This document shows, in pieces, positions 50,543 through 59,802 of a DNA stretch of 59,802 bases (position 1 is the first letter of the stretch; each line of letters begins with the position of its first letter). The notes below the pieces were generated by a model. That model was not told the origin of the DNA. It did no database searches and saw nothing but the letters and a program-made list of their open reading frames with translations. Made by a program: the position numbers and the translations under genes. Origin of the DNA: SAR86 cluster bacterium (GTDB lineage: Bacteria; Pseudomonadota; Gammaproteobacteria; Magnimaribacterales; D2472); contig SHBF01000003.1 in assembly GCA_004212975.1 (NCBI GenBank), positions 1-59,802 of the forward strand. Reading direction: 5' to 3'.

Positions 50543-52162
50543 ATGACTAAAAAAATAAACATACTGTCAATAACCTTAATATTTTTAATTGGGTGTTCAG
50601 AAAATATCTCACCAGTTGATTCAGGTCTAGAACAACAAATATATCATCATGGAAATGGTTCTGAGCCTCAAGGAATAGATCCGCACATTGTCACTGGTGT
50701 TCCTGAACATCATATCCTTATAAGCTTGTGCGAAGGCCTAACTATTCCAAATCCTAATCCTACAGGTTCTGACGGATATATTCCTGGAACTGCAGAATCA
50801 TGGACTGTCAGTGATGATGGAAAGGAATATATTTTTAAATTAAACAAAAATGCAAAATGGTCAAACGGTGATCCTGTTACCGCTGATGATTTTGTTTGGT
50901 CATGGAAAAGAATTCTAACTGCTAGTCTTGGCTCGCAATATCCTGACATGCTTTATTATTTAGTAGGTGCCTATGAGTATCATAATGGAGAAATAGATAA
51001 TTTTGACGAAGTAGGCGTAAAGGCGCTTGACTCACAAACACTAAAGGTTAATTTAAAAAATCCAACACCTTTCTTCATTGGTCTTTTAAGTCATTACAGT
51101 ACCTGGCCTGTTCACAAAGAAACTGTTTTAAAGCATGGCGATATTGATGATAGGAACGGAGAATGGACAAGACCAGGCAACTTTGTATGCAACGGCCCTT
51201 TTCAACTTAAAACATGGGAGCTTAATAATAGGATTGTTGTTGAAAAGAATCCTCATTACTATGACGCATCTATGGTACGTCTTAATGAAATTCACTATTA
51301 TCCGGTTTCAAATGTAATGACAGAAGACAGAATGTTTAGGGCTGGACAATTACATTTGACTTCAAGTATGCCAACTCAAAAATGCCCAATTTATATAGAA
51401 GAAAAAAATCCAAATTTAAAGATTGATCCATACATGGGAACATATTTTTATAGGATTAATACTGAAAATGAGACACTAAGTGATGTAAGAGTAAGAAAAG
51501 CATTAGCATATTCAATTGATAGACAACTTTTAGTTGATAAGGTAACACAGTGCGGTCAAATTCCTGCATATTCTTTTACGCCTCCAGGTTCAAATGGTTA
51601 TCAACCATCAACTGAAATACCATATGATCCTGTTCTAGCAAAACAATTATTAGCTGAGGCTGGATACTCTTCAGATAAGCCATTTCCTAAATTAGAAATT
51701 CTTTTTAACACTAATGAGGGTCACCGAAAGGTTGCCTTAGCAATTCAGCAAATGTGGCAAAATGAACTCGGTATTGAAGTGGAACTTGTTAATCAAGATT
51801 GGAAAGTCTATTTAAGTAGGGAAATGGTAGGAGATTTCCAAATATCAAGAGCTGGCTGGATAGGAGATTATGAAGATCCAAATACTTTCCTAGATTTAAT
51901 GAGGCCAAACAGGGGAAATAATAAAACTGGTTGGGAGAATATGGATTTTGATGCATTGGTTGAAGAGGCAAATACAATTAATAATCAAGACAAAAGATAT
52001 GAGTTGCTTAATGAAGCAGAGAAAATATTAATTGATAATATGCCAATAATTCCTCTCTATACGTATGTAAGGGTTTATCAATTATCTCCAGACGTTAAGG
52101 GATTTAATCCACATATTCTTGATCACCATCATCCTAAATTTATTTATTTAGAAAGAGATTAA
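50543..52162 (+). CDS. oppA: Peptide ABC transporter substrate-binding lipoprotein
   Basis: Lipobox LIGC, EPQGIDP, AKWSNGDPVTADDF, NGPFQL, RAGWIGDY. Confidence 0.88.
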   Translation: MTKKINILSITLIFLIGCSENISPVDSGLEQQIYHHGNGSEPQGIDPHIVTGVPEHHILISLCEGLTIPNPNPTGSDGYIPGTAESWTVSDDGKEYIFKLNKNAKWSNGDPVTADDFVWSWKRILTASLGSQYPDMLYYLVGAYEYHNGEIDNFDEVGVKALDSQTLKVNLKNPTPFFIGLLSHYSTWPVHKETVLKHGDIDDRNGEWTRPGNFVCNGPFQLKTWELNNRIVVEKNPHYYDASMVRLNEIHYYPVSNVMTEDRMFRAGQLHLTSSMPTQKCPIYIEEKNPNLKIDPYMGTYFYRINTENETLSDVRVRKALAYSIDRQLLVDKVTQCGQIPAYSFTPPGSNGYQPSTEIPYDPVLAKQLLAEAGYSSDKPFPKLEILFNTNEGHRKVALAIQQMWQNELGIEVELVNQDWKVYLSREMVGDFQISRAGWIGDYEDPNTFLDLMRPNRGNNKTGWENMDFDALVEEANTINNQDKRYELLNEAEKILIDNMPIIPLYTYVRVYQLSPDVKGFNPHILDHHHPKFIYLERD

Positions 52163-52168
52163 TTTCGC

Positions 52169-53092
52169 ATGATAGCGATTTTCTTTAGAAGAATTTTAGT
52201 TGCAATTCCTGTTTTGTTAGCAGTCGCTAGCATAACTTTTTTCTTAATAAAGATTGCCCCTGGTGGTCCATTTGATGCAGATAAGGCTGTCTCGCCTCAA
52301 GTACTTAAAAATTTAAATGAGGCATATAATTTAGATGCATCTAATTGGGAGCAGTATGTTGATTATATGTCTGGTTTACTGAGAGGCGATTTAGGACCAT
52401 CTTTTAGGTTTCCAGGACGTTCTGTATCTGAGATGATTGCAACTGGATTGCCGGTAACATTTGAGTTAGCTTTTTATGCAATTTTAATTGCTCTTGTTAT
52501 GGGTATATTTTCTGGAGTTTTAGCTGCCTTAAAAAGAAATACTTTTCTTGATTTTATTCCAATGGCAGTAGCAATGATTGGAATATGTGTCCCAACTTTT
52601 CTTATGGGGCCTTTATTAGTTCTTATATTTGGAATAAATCTTGAGATACTTCCAGTTTCAGGTTGGGGGCAATTACCTGGCGATAAAATTTTGCCATCGT
52701 TAACCTTGGGATTTGCCTATGCTGCATATATTGCCCGATTAAGCAGAGGCGGCATGCTAGAAGTTCTTAACCAAGATTTCATAAGAACTGCTAGAGCAAA
52801 AGGGCTAACTGAAAGAATGGTTGTTATTAAGCATGCAATGCAAGGTGGATTAATTCCTGTTGTTTCTTTTCTTGGACCAGCAATTGCAGGGCTACTTGCA
52901 GGATCATTTGTAGTTGAAACCATTTTTCAAATACCAGGACTTGGAAGATTTTATGTTGAAGCTGCTTTCAATAGAGATTACACAATGATTTTGGGGACAA
53001 CAATATTTTTCTCTGCAATGATTGTATTTTTTAACTTGATGTCTGACTTAGCGGCACTTTGGTTAAATCCTAGATCTAGAGATGTATCATGA
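52169..53092 (+). CDS. oppB: Peptide ABC transporter permease
   Basis: APGGPF, GDLGPS, FIRTARAKG, VETIFQIPGLG. Confidence 0.9.
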   Translation: MIAIFFRRILVAIPVLLAVASITFFLIKIAPGGPFDADKAVSPQVLKNLNEAYNLDASNWEQYVDYMSGLLRGDLGPSFRFPGRSVSEMIATGLPVTFELAFYAILIALVMGIFSGVLAALKRNTFLDFIPMAVAMIGICVPTFLMGPLLVLIFGINLEILPVSGWGQLPGDKILPSLTLGFAYAAYIARLSRGGMLEVLNQDFIRTARAKGLTERMVVIKHAMQGGLIPVVSFLGPAIAGLLAGSFVVETIFQIPGLGRFYVEAAFNRDYTMILGTTIFFSAMIVFFNLMSDLAALWLNPRSRDVS

Positions 53093-53937
53093 ATAATTCT
53101 TTATGGTCTGACGCTTTATATAGACTCTCTAGAAATAGAGCAGCAATGTTTGGTGGATTTATTTTAATTTTACTAATAATTTGTGCTGTTCTTGCACCAT
53201 GGATTGCTCCTTATTCTTATTCATATCAAAATCTAAGTTTGGGTGCTAGTCCGCCTTCAGCAGACCATTTACTAGGAACTGATGTTTTAGGTAGAGATCT
53301 GTTGAGTAGGATACTTTATGGAGCAAGAATTTCATTGTTGGTTGGTTTTGTTGCTACAGGAGTAGCTTTAATTATAGGAGTTTCATGGGGAATTATTGCA
53401 GGATATATTGGCGGAAGAGTTGATTCAATTATGATGAGGATCGTGGATATCTTATACGGACTCCCATTCATAATTTTTATAATTTTGTTAATGGTAATTT
53501 TTGGTAGAAATTTATGGTTGTTATTTGGTGCAATTGGAGCCGTAGAGTGGCTTACAATGGCAAGGATTGTTAGAGGACAAGTTATAGGATTAAAAAATCA
53601 AGAATTTGTAATGGCAGCAAAAGGTATGGGCGTGTCTAATATATCAATGTTTAGAAGACATTTACTTCCAAATATACTCGGACCAATAGCGGTTTATGCA
53701 ACATTAACAATCCCACAAGTAATGCTCTTGGAAGGTTTTTTGAGTTTTCTTGGATTAGGTATACAACCACCTATGAGTAGTTGGGGAACCTTAATCAAAG
53801 ATGGAGTTGAATCTATGGAAGAATTTAGTTGGCTGCTTATTTATCCAGGGATAACATTTACCATTACTTTATTTGCTTTAAATTTCTTTGGCGATGGCCT
53901 TAGAGACGCTCTCGATCCAAAAACATCTGATAACTAA
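53089..53937 (+). CDS. oppC: Peptide ABC transporter permease
   Basis: HLLGTDVLGRD, EFVMAAK, GDGLRDALDP. Confidence 0.9.
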   Translation: MNNSLWSDALYRLSRNRAAMFGGFILILLIICAVLAPWIAPYSYSYQNLSLGASPPSADHLLGTDVLGRDLLSRILYGARISLLVGFVATGVALIIGVSWGIIAGYIGGRVDSIMMRIVDILYGLPFIIFIILLMVIFGRNLWLLFGAIGAVEWLTMARIVRGQVIGLKNQEFVMAAKGMGVSNISMFRRHLLPNILGPIAVYATLTIPQVMLLEGFLSFLGLGIQPPMSSWGTLIKDGVESMEEFSWLLIYPGITFTITLFALNFFGDGLRDALDPKTSDN

Positions 53938-55406
53938 AAAGCTCGAATAGCAATCTTAATAATTTGACCTGGCATTAAAGTTGATTCATTCAAACTATTA
54001 ATCTCCTCTATACTTTTTATTGTGACATCAAATAATTCAGATATTTTGTATAGATTGTCACCTTGTTTCACTGAGTAAAGAATTGTTCTTTTTTTTGATT
54101 CAATATTCCTATGAATATTTTTATTTCCAATTGAAAGTTGTTGTCCTAGTTGAAGATATTCATCTTCATTGAGTGAATTCATTCTGGCAAGATCACGAAC
54201 ATCTAAATTATATTTTTTTGCTATTCCCCATAAAGTATCTCCCTCAGAAACAATATACATTTCATATGGTATGAAACTATTTGACTTGCTTTTTCCCAAT
54301 GGTATCAACAAAGTATCATTTATTGACAAAAGATTATTATCTAAATAATTTATCTCCTTAATAATTTTAACTTCGGTGTCGTATTTAACTGATAAGTCCC
54401 AAAGGTTGTCTCCTCTTTTAACTATATGAGAAATCCAATTGATATCATTAATTTTATTAAAGGGATTTGTTTCACTAGTAAATAAGAAGTACTTATCTTT
54501 AGGAATATAAAAAATACTTTCATCTTTTGGAGCGGATGCCCATTTGGTGTATCCAGCATTTAGTTTATACAAAAGCTCAGGTTTGATATCTAGAAATTCA
54601 CTAAGGGCTAATATTTCTACTTGACCAGAGATATTTACTTTTTCTACAACTGAATCATATGGTATGTTTGGCATCTTTACGCCATATTTTTCTGAATTAA
54701 GAATTAATTCTCTTAGAGCTATATATTTAGGAACATAATTTTTTGTTTGAGAGGGAAGATTGAGTGACCAAAAATCTATATCCTCTCCAAGTCTTTTGTT
54801 TTGATTAATTCTTCTATCAACTAGAGATGGACCAGCATTATATGAAGCAATTGTAAGATATATGTCTTTGTTAAATCTTTCATACAAATATTTCAAATAT
54901 CCAACAGCTGCTTCAGTTGATTTATATGGGTCATGTCTATCCTCATACCACCATGACTTATTGAGCTCATAAAGCCTTCCTGTTCTTGGCATAAATTGCC
55001 AAATACCAACAGCACCTGATGATGAGATTGAAAAAGGATCATAGTTACTTTCTATATATGGAAGAATCGCTAATTCTACTGGCAAATTATTTTTTTCTAA
55101 TTCATTTACAACAAAATATAAAAAGTAATATGAATCGTTCAAGTACTCTTCAAATTTATCAAGATCTTTTAAGTGCATATTCATATATGACAAGATCTGA
55201 TTATCAATTACTAAATTATCGTATGAGTTGTTATTATCTTGGATATAAGTCCAGATATTTTTATCTTCATCATTGTTATAAACAGAATTTTCAAAAGAAT
55301 CTAAATTTTTCTCTTTTGCAGTTGTTTCTAATTTATTAATTTCAACTTGCTGACATCCAACAAGAAAAAACAACAAAAAGAATGTCCTTAGAAATTGTCT
55401 TTCCAT
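53934..55406 (-). CDS. mltD: Membrane-bound lytic murein transglycosylase D with LysM repeats
   Basis: Lipobox LVGC, IES, GIWQFM, SYNAG, three LysM repeats (V..GD.L..I). Confidence 0.92.
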   Translation of the reverse strand: MERQFLRTFFLLFFLVGCQQVEINKLETTAKEKNLDSFENSVYNNDEDKNIWTYIQDNNNSYDNLVIDNQILSYMNMHLKDLDKFEEYLNDSYYFLYFVVNELEKNNLPVELAILPYIESNYDPFSISSSGAVGIWQFMPRTGRLYELNKSWWYEDRHDPYKSTEAAVGYLKYLYERFNKDIYLTIASYNAGPSLVDRRINQNKRLGEDIDFWSLNLPSQTKNYVPKYIALRELILNSEKYGVKMPNIPYDSVVEKVNISGQVEILALSEFLDIKPELLYKLNAGYTKWASAPKDESIFYIPKDKYFLFTSETNPFNKINDINWISHIVKRGDNLWDLSVKYDTEVKIIKEINYLDNNLLSINDTLLIPLGKSKSNSFIPYEMYIVSEGDTLWGIAKKYNLDVRDLARMNSLNEDEYLQLGQQLSIGNKNIHRNIESKKRTILYSVKQGDNLYKISELFDVTIKSIEEINSLNESTLMPGQIIKIAIRAF

Positions 55407-56149
55407 TTTCTCAAAGCAGTAAATATTTGTAATTCATCATCTATGATATCGAATTTCTCAATAACTTTATTTTTTATATCAATATCATGACATCTTAAAA
55501 ATGGATTTAATTTAAGTTCTTTATTTAAATTAGTTGGTAAAGAGGGAACATCTGAAGAAATTAACTTTTCAATATTATTATATTCATTTTCAAGATCTTT
55601 ATTATCTTTATCAACTTCCAGTGCAAATTTTAAATTTGAAAGAGTGTATTCATGACCACAAAAAACTTTTGTTTCTTTTGGATATTTTGAAATTTTCTTT
55701 AATGACATAAACATCTGTTCAAATGTACCTTCAAAAACACGACCGCAACCACCAGCAAACAAAGTATCTCCACAAAAAAGTATTGGATCTTCATTATTAG
55801 ATGAGTAAAAGGCAAGATGATCCAAGGTATGACCTGGAATCTCAATAACCTCAAAATTAATACCTATAAGCGAAAACTTATCAGATTCATTAACTATATT
55901 GTTGATTCCTTCAATTTTTTCAGGTCCATATACTTCAAGATTCATCTTATTGGTTAGATCAAGAAGCCCATTAGTATGATCGTAATGATGATGAGTTATT
56001 AAAACTCCTTTCAAATCAATCTCATTAGTATCAATAAGATTAAGAATTTCTGTTGATTCTCCTGGATCAACAACTATTGACCCTTCATTAGTTGATACTA
56101 ACCAAATATAATTATCTGTATATGCTTTTATCGGCTCTACACTTAACAT
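55388..56149 (-). CDS. gloB: Hydroxyacylglutathione hydrolase (glyoxalase II)
   Basis: DNYIW, THHHYDH, PGHTLDH, GDTLFAGGCGR, GHEYT. Confidence 0.95.
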   Translation of the reverse strand: MLSVEPIKAYTDNYIWLVSTNEGSIVVDPGESTEILNLIDTNEIDLKGVLITHHHYDHTNGLLDLTNKMNLEVYGPEKIEGINNIVNESDKFSLIGINFEVIEIPGHTLDHLAFYSSNNEDPILFCGDTLFAGGCGRVFEGTFEQMFMSLKKISKYPKETKVFCGHEYTLSNLKFALEVDKDNKDLENEYNNIEKLISSDVPSLPTNLNKELKLNPFLRCHDIDIKNKVIEKFDIIDDELQIFTALRKWKDNF

Positions 56150-56171
56150 ATGCAAATTCTAGTTTAAATTT

Positions 56172-56603
56172 ATGAAAACAGTAAATATTTATACAGATGG
56201 TGCGTGCAGAGGAAATCCTGGAGATGGGGGATGGGGAGTGCTTATTGAATATGAAAATATTTCAAAAGAATATTTTGGTGGTGAAAAAAATACAACTAAT
56301 AATAAAATGGAGTTAAAGGCTGCTATTCATGGTTTAAGTGTCTTAAAAGAATCTTGCGACGTAAATATTACTACTGATTCTAAATATGTAATGGATGGAA
56401 TTACTTCCTGGATAGAAAATTGGAAAAAAAATAACTGGAAAAATGCATCAAAAAAAGATGTTAAAAATAAAGATCTTTGGATTGAATTGGATAAATTAAC
56501 AACCAAACACAATGTAAAATGGAATTGGGTAAAAGGTCATTCTGGTCATGAAAAAAACGAAATAGCAGACGCACTTGCTAATAAAGGAATAGATAATTTA
56601 TAA
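56172..56603 (+). CDS. rnhA: Ribonuclease HI
   Basis: YTDGACRGNPG, TTNNKMEL, TDSKY, WVKGHSG..NE.AD. Confidence 0.97.
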   Translation: MKTVNIYTDGACRGNPGDGGWGVLIEYENISKEYFGGEKNTTNNKMELKAAIHGLSVLKESCDVNITTDSKYVMDGITSWIENWKKNNWKNASKKDVKNKDLWIELDKLTTKHNVKWNWVKGHSGHEKNEIADALANKGIDNL

Positions 56604-56605
56604 AG

Positions 56606-57325
56606 ATGGCAAAAAAATACATCGTTTTAGACACTGAAACTACTGGGCTTGAGGTACAGCAAGGCCATCGTGTTATTGAAATTGGAGCTGTTCTTTTAAA
56701 TGACCGAAAAAAATCAGAAGAACATTTTCACAGTTACTTAAATCCTTCAAGATTAATTGATGAAGAGGCATCAAAAGTCCATGGTATTACTAATTCTGAT
56801 CTAGAAGATAAACCTTTTTTTGATGAAATTGCTGAAGAGTTTATAAATTTTATTGAAGGCTCAACTCTCGTTATACACAATGCTCCTTTTGATCTTGGAT
56901 TTTTAAATAATGAATTACAGCTTGCCTCGTCTAATTATCCTTTCATTGAAGAAATATGCGATGTAGAAGACTCATTAATGATTGCAAGAGATAAATTCCC
57001 AGGACAAAGAAATTCACTAGATGCTTTAGCAGGCAGATATAACGTATCTGGTTATGATAGGACATTTCATGGTGCTTTACTTGATGCAAACATTTTGGCA
57101 GATGTTTATATGCAGCTAACTGGTGGACAAAGTAAATTTGAATTTATATCAAATGGAAACACTTTATCTGAGCAAAATAAAGGCTCCGAAAATCTTATTA
57201 TTAACAAAATTGATGACTTGCCTTCAATTAGTGCCTCAAAATCAGATCTCAAAGAGCATGAAAAAAGAATTAGTGAAATTGAAAAAAAATATTCTAATAA
57301 AACAATATGGAGAAGTTTTAAATGA
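56606..57325 (+). CDS. dnaQ: DNA polymerase III epsilon subunit
   Basis: LDTETTG, HNAPFD, HGALLDA, MQLTGGQ. Confidence 0.96.
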   Translation: MAKKYIVLDTETTGLEVQQGHRVIEIGAVLLNDRKKSEEHFHSYLNPSRLIDEEASKVHGITNSDLEDKPFFDEIAEEFINFIEGSTLVIHNAPFDLGFLNNELQLASSNYPFIEEICDVEDSLMIARDKFPGQRNSLDALAGRYNVSGYDRTFHGALLDANILADVYMQLTGGQSKFEFISNGNTLSEQNKGSENLIINKIDDLPSISASKSDLKEHEKRISEIEKKYSNKTIWRSFK

Positions 57326-58710
57326 AAGCTATCGTTACAAGATTTGCACCAAGCCCAACCGGCACTCTCCACATTGGAGGCGTAAGGACCGCATTATTTA
57401 ATTATGTGTATGCAAAACAAAATAATGGAAAATTTTTAATAAGGATTGAAGATACTGATACTGAAAGATCCACTAAAGAATATGAAAAAAATATACTTGA
57501 TAATCTCAGATCTATTGGACTTAAGCCTGATGAAGATCCAATCAATCAATCTGAAAGAAATGAGATATATTTGAAAGCTGCTGAAAAAATATTGCAGTCT
57601 GGCAACGCATATTGGTGTGATTGCTCTCATGAAGAACTTGAAGAAATGAGGAAGGCACAAATTGCAGCTGGGGAAAAACCAATGTATGACGGTAGAAGTA
57701 GAAATCTTAGATTAGAACGATCTAATAAGACTGTTTTAAGATTAGCAACTCCTGAAGACGGTGAGATTGTTGTAAATGATTTAATAAGAGGAAAAATTAA
57801 ATTTAACAACAATGAATTAGATGATCTAATATTGCTCAGAAGCGATGGCTCTCCAACATATCATTTATGCAATGTTGTTGATGATTACGAGCAAAAAGTC
57901 ACTACAGTTATAAGAGGAGAAGATCATATAAGTAACACTCCGAGACAAATTCATATTCAAAATGCATTAGGTTATCCAGAATTAGAGTATGCTCATTTAC
58001 CTCTGGTACTTGGAACTGATAAAAAAAGACTATCTAAAAGAAATGCTGCTACAAGTTTAGAAGAATATCGTGACAAAGGATATCTTGATTCAGCCATCTT
58101 GAATACTTTAGCCAGACTAGGATGGTCTCAGGGTGAAAATGATGTTTTTTATATGAATGATCTTATAAAAGAATTTAATATAAAAGATGTCCAGAAAGCA
58201 GGAGCAATTTTTGATATTACTAAGTTAGATTGGTTGAATTCACAACATCTTGCAAATTTGTCCATTGAAAGTTTTAAAGAACAATTACAACCATTCTTAC
58301 AACAATTGGATATTGATATTGAGGATCATGAAAATTCTAACAAACTAATTGAGGCTATGAGAACTTGTGATAATACATTTTCAGGAATAGCAAAATCATT
58401 GATACCTTACTATAAAGATATTATAGAATACGACGAAAAAGCAATTGAAAAGTTTATTAATGATAAAAACATACTAATTGAATTAAGAGATTTGCTAAAC
58501 AAAATAGATAATTGGAGTCAAGAGGTTATTGATAGCGTTTTAAAAGAGTATCAATTGAAAAATGAACTTAGTGTGCCTGCAGTAAATCAACCAATTAGAA
58601 TTTCATTAACAGGTTCAACAAAATCGCCCGGATTAGGGCTAACTTTGAGTATTTTTACAAAAAATAGAGCTATAGAGAGGATAAATAAGCTTTTAGATAA
58701 ACTTTCGTGA
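57322..58710 (+). CDS. gltX: Glutamate--tRNA ligase
   Basis: RFAPSPTG.LHIGG, RIEDTD, RGEDH, LSKR. Confidence 0.97.
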   Translation: MKAIVTRFAPSPTGTLHIGGVRTALFNYVYAKQNNGKFLIRIEDTDTERSTKEYEKNILDNLRSIGLKPDEDPINQSERNEIYLKAAEKILQSGNAYWCDCSHEELEEMRKAQIAAGEKPMYDGRSRNLRLERSNKTVLRLATPEDGEIVVNDLIRGKIKFNNNELDDLILLRSDGSPTYHLCNVVDDYEQKVTTVIRGEDHISNTPRQIHIQNALGYPELEYAHLPLVLGTDKKRLSKRNAATSLEEYRDKGYLDSAILNTLARLGWSQGENDVFYMNDLIKEFNIKDVQKAGAIFDITKLDWLNSQHLANLSIESFKEQLQPFLQQLDIDIEDHENSNKLIEAMRTCDNTFSGIAKSLIPYYKDIIEYDEKAIEKFINDKNILIELRDLLNKIDNWSQEVIDSVLKEYQLKNELSVPAVNQPIRISLTGSTKSPGLGLTLSIFTKNRAIERINKLLDKLS

Positions 58711-58753
58711 ATAAATATTAATTTTTTTTATATCTAAATAATATTAACTATAG

Positions 58754-58803
58754 TAGACAGATAAAGTAGCAAATGCCTATAATATTCTTTCAAAACGCGT
58801 TTT
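58754..58803 (+). promoter_or_regulatory. Sigma70-like promoter plus palindromic operator candidate for the second TBDR
   Basis: TAGACA-18-TATAAT (58754-58783); perfect palindrome AAAACGCGTTTT at 58792-58803; SD AAGGGGA follows. Confidence 0.5.
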
Positions 58804-58817
58804 TTAAAGGGGATACT

Positions 58818-59802
58818 ATGAAAAACTTAAAATATATTTTTTCTTTAGCATTACTTATACCTGTTGCAGTAATTGCACAGGATACATCTAATTCAGATGT
58901 AGAAGAGGTTGTAGTCGTTGGTTCTCAGATCAAAGGAGCTTCTATAACTGATGCGCTTCCTGTGACTGTGCTATCCGCAGATGACATCGAAGCTTTGGGC
59001 GTAAGTGATGGTGATGAGTTGGTTGAAAATCTAGTTGAGCAAGGCCTTAACTTTTTTAATGAGCAGGAGCAAGCCTCAGGTGGTGTTAATGCCAGTAGGG
59101 GTGACTCAGGTGCATACAACTTAAGAAATATGGGTGTTGGTAATACATTAACACTTCTAAATGGACGAAGAATGGTGAACAATGCTGGATATCAAACCGA
59201 GTTCATTGGTGGTGACTTTGTCCCAACAGTTACAGTTAACACAAATCTAATTCCAACAAATGGTTTAGATAGATTAGAAATTTTAAGAGATGGCGCTTCA
59301 GCTATTTATGGTGCTGATGCTGTTGCTGGTGTGGTAAATAATGTTCTTCAAACAGATTATGAGGGATCAAGTCTATCTGTAAGAGTAACTGGTTATGAAC
59401 ATTTTGATGCAACAAATACAGATTTAAGTTATAAATTCGGTACTTCTCTAAATGGCGGAGCAACAAATATTTCATTATTTGCTAGTTACAGAGATCGAGG
59501 TCGAATTAAAGCAAGTGAGGATGAGCGGTGGTATAGCCAAGATTACAGAAGATACCTTTCAGAGGACGATCCTTTTTATGTAAACGCATTAAGAAATACA
59601 AGTGCTTATGGCTGGTTCCAACTTGATTTACCAGGAAGAGGTGTTGGTCAAAGTTGGCATGCATCTAATGATGGTGAAACGGCCCTTGCTGATGCAACAG
59701 ATCCTAGGGGTGGGGCACTTTTATGTGCGCTTCCTGGAGCAGTCCTTACAGGATTTGGAACATGTATGTTTGACAACAGACTTGGATCTAATAGATCAAA
59801 TC
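58818..59802 (+). CDS. TonB-dependent receptor (5' part, runs off the window; absent from the ORF track)
   Basis: Hand translation MKNLKYIFSLALLIPVAVIAQD..VEEVVVVGSQIKG..LPVTV..RLEILRDGASAIYGADAVAGVVN. Confidence 0.92.
   Translation, partial: MKNLKYIFSLALLIPVAVIAQDTSNSDVEEVVVVGSQIKGASITDALPVTVLSADDIEALGVSDGDELVENLVEQGLNFFNEQEQASGGVNASRGDSGAYNLRNMGVGNTLTLLNGRRMVNNAGYQTEFIGGDFVPTVTVNTNLIPTNGLDRLEILRDGASAIYGADAVAGVVNNVLQTDYEGSSLSVRVTGYEHFDATNTDLSYKFGTSLNGGATNISLFASYRDRGRIKASEDERWYSQDYRRYLSEDDPFYVNALRNTSAYGWFQLDLPGRGVGQSWHASNDGETALADATDPRGGALLCALPGAVLTGFGTCMFDNRLGSNRSN

Noticed and set aside
57322-58710. HIGG and LSKR in place of HIGH/KMSKS as a sign of an inactive synthetase
   Set aside because: These variants are normal for bacterial GluRS, and the protein is full length with the anticodon domain.

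Overview
A gene-dense, very AT-rich (about 30% GC by eye) chromosomal segment of a streamlined marine gammaproteobacterium. Gene content, synteny and tiny intergenic spaces suggest SAR86-like, but this is inference. The left ~20 kb is accessory and catabolic: tRNA-Leu, a TonB-dependent receptor (TBDR), GH16, cytochrome P450, an MFS transporter, SDR/LysR/acyl-CoA dehydrogenase, ExoI, hydrolases, pseudoazurin and transporters. The rest is core genome: dsbD, Hsp20, recX-dnaX-recR-dcd, purMN, hda, sppA, wrbA, xseA, gpsA, folD, trhO, tig-clpP-clpX-lon-hupB-ppiD, a peptide ABC set, mltD-gloB, rnhA-dnaQ-gltX and a second, partial TBDR. There are seven tRNAs. I saw no CRISPR array, integrase, transposase, prophage or defence system. 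The best novelty candidates are non-coding. (1) A candidate leader-peptide transcription attenuator (14-aa uORF MLIVNLHKERGAAA plus mutually exclusive hairpins and a terminator) lies in front of the TBDR-GH16 locus. (2) Many genes have a -10 box 5-9 nt upstream of an SD-less start codon, suggesting pervasive leaderless mRNAs. (3) dnaX carries A9 and A_AAA_AAG recoding-type sites near the expected gamma boundary. (4) The Hsp20 leader is a three-hairpin ROSE-like thermometer behind a sigma32-like promoter.
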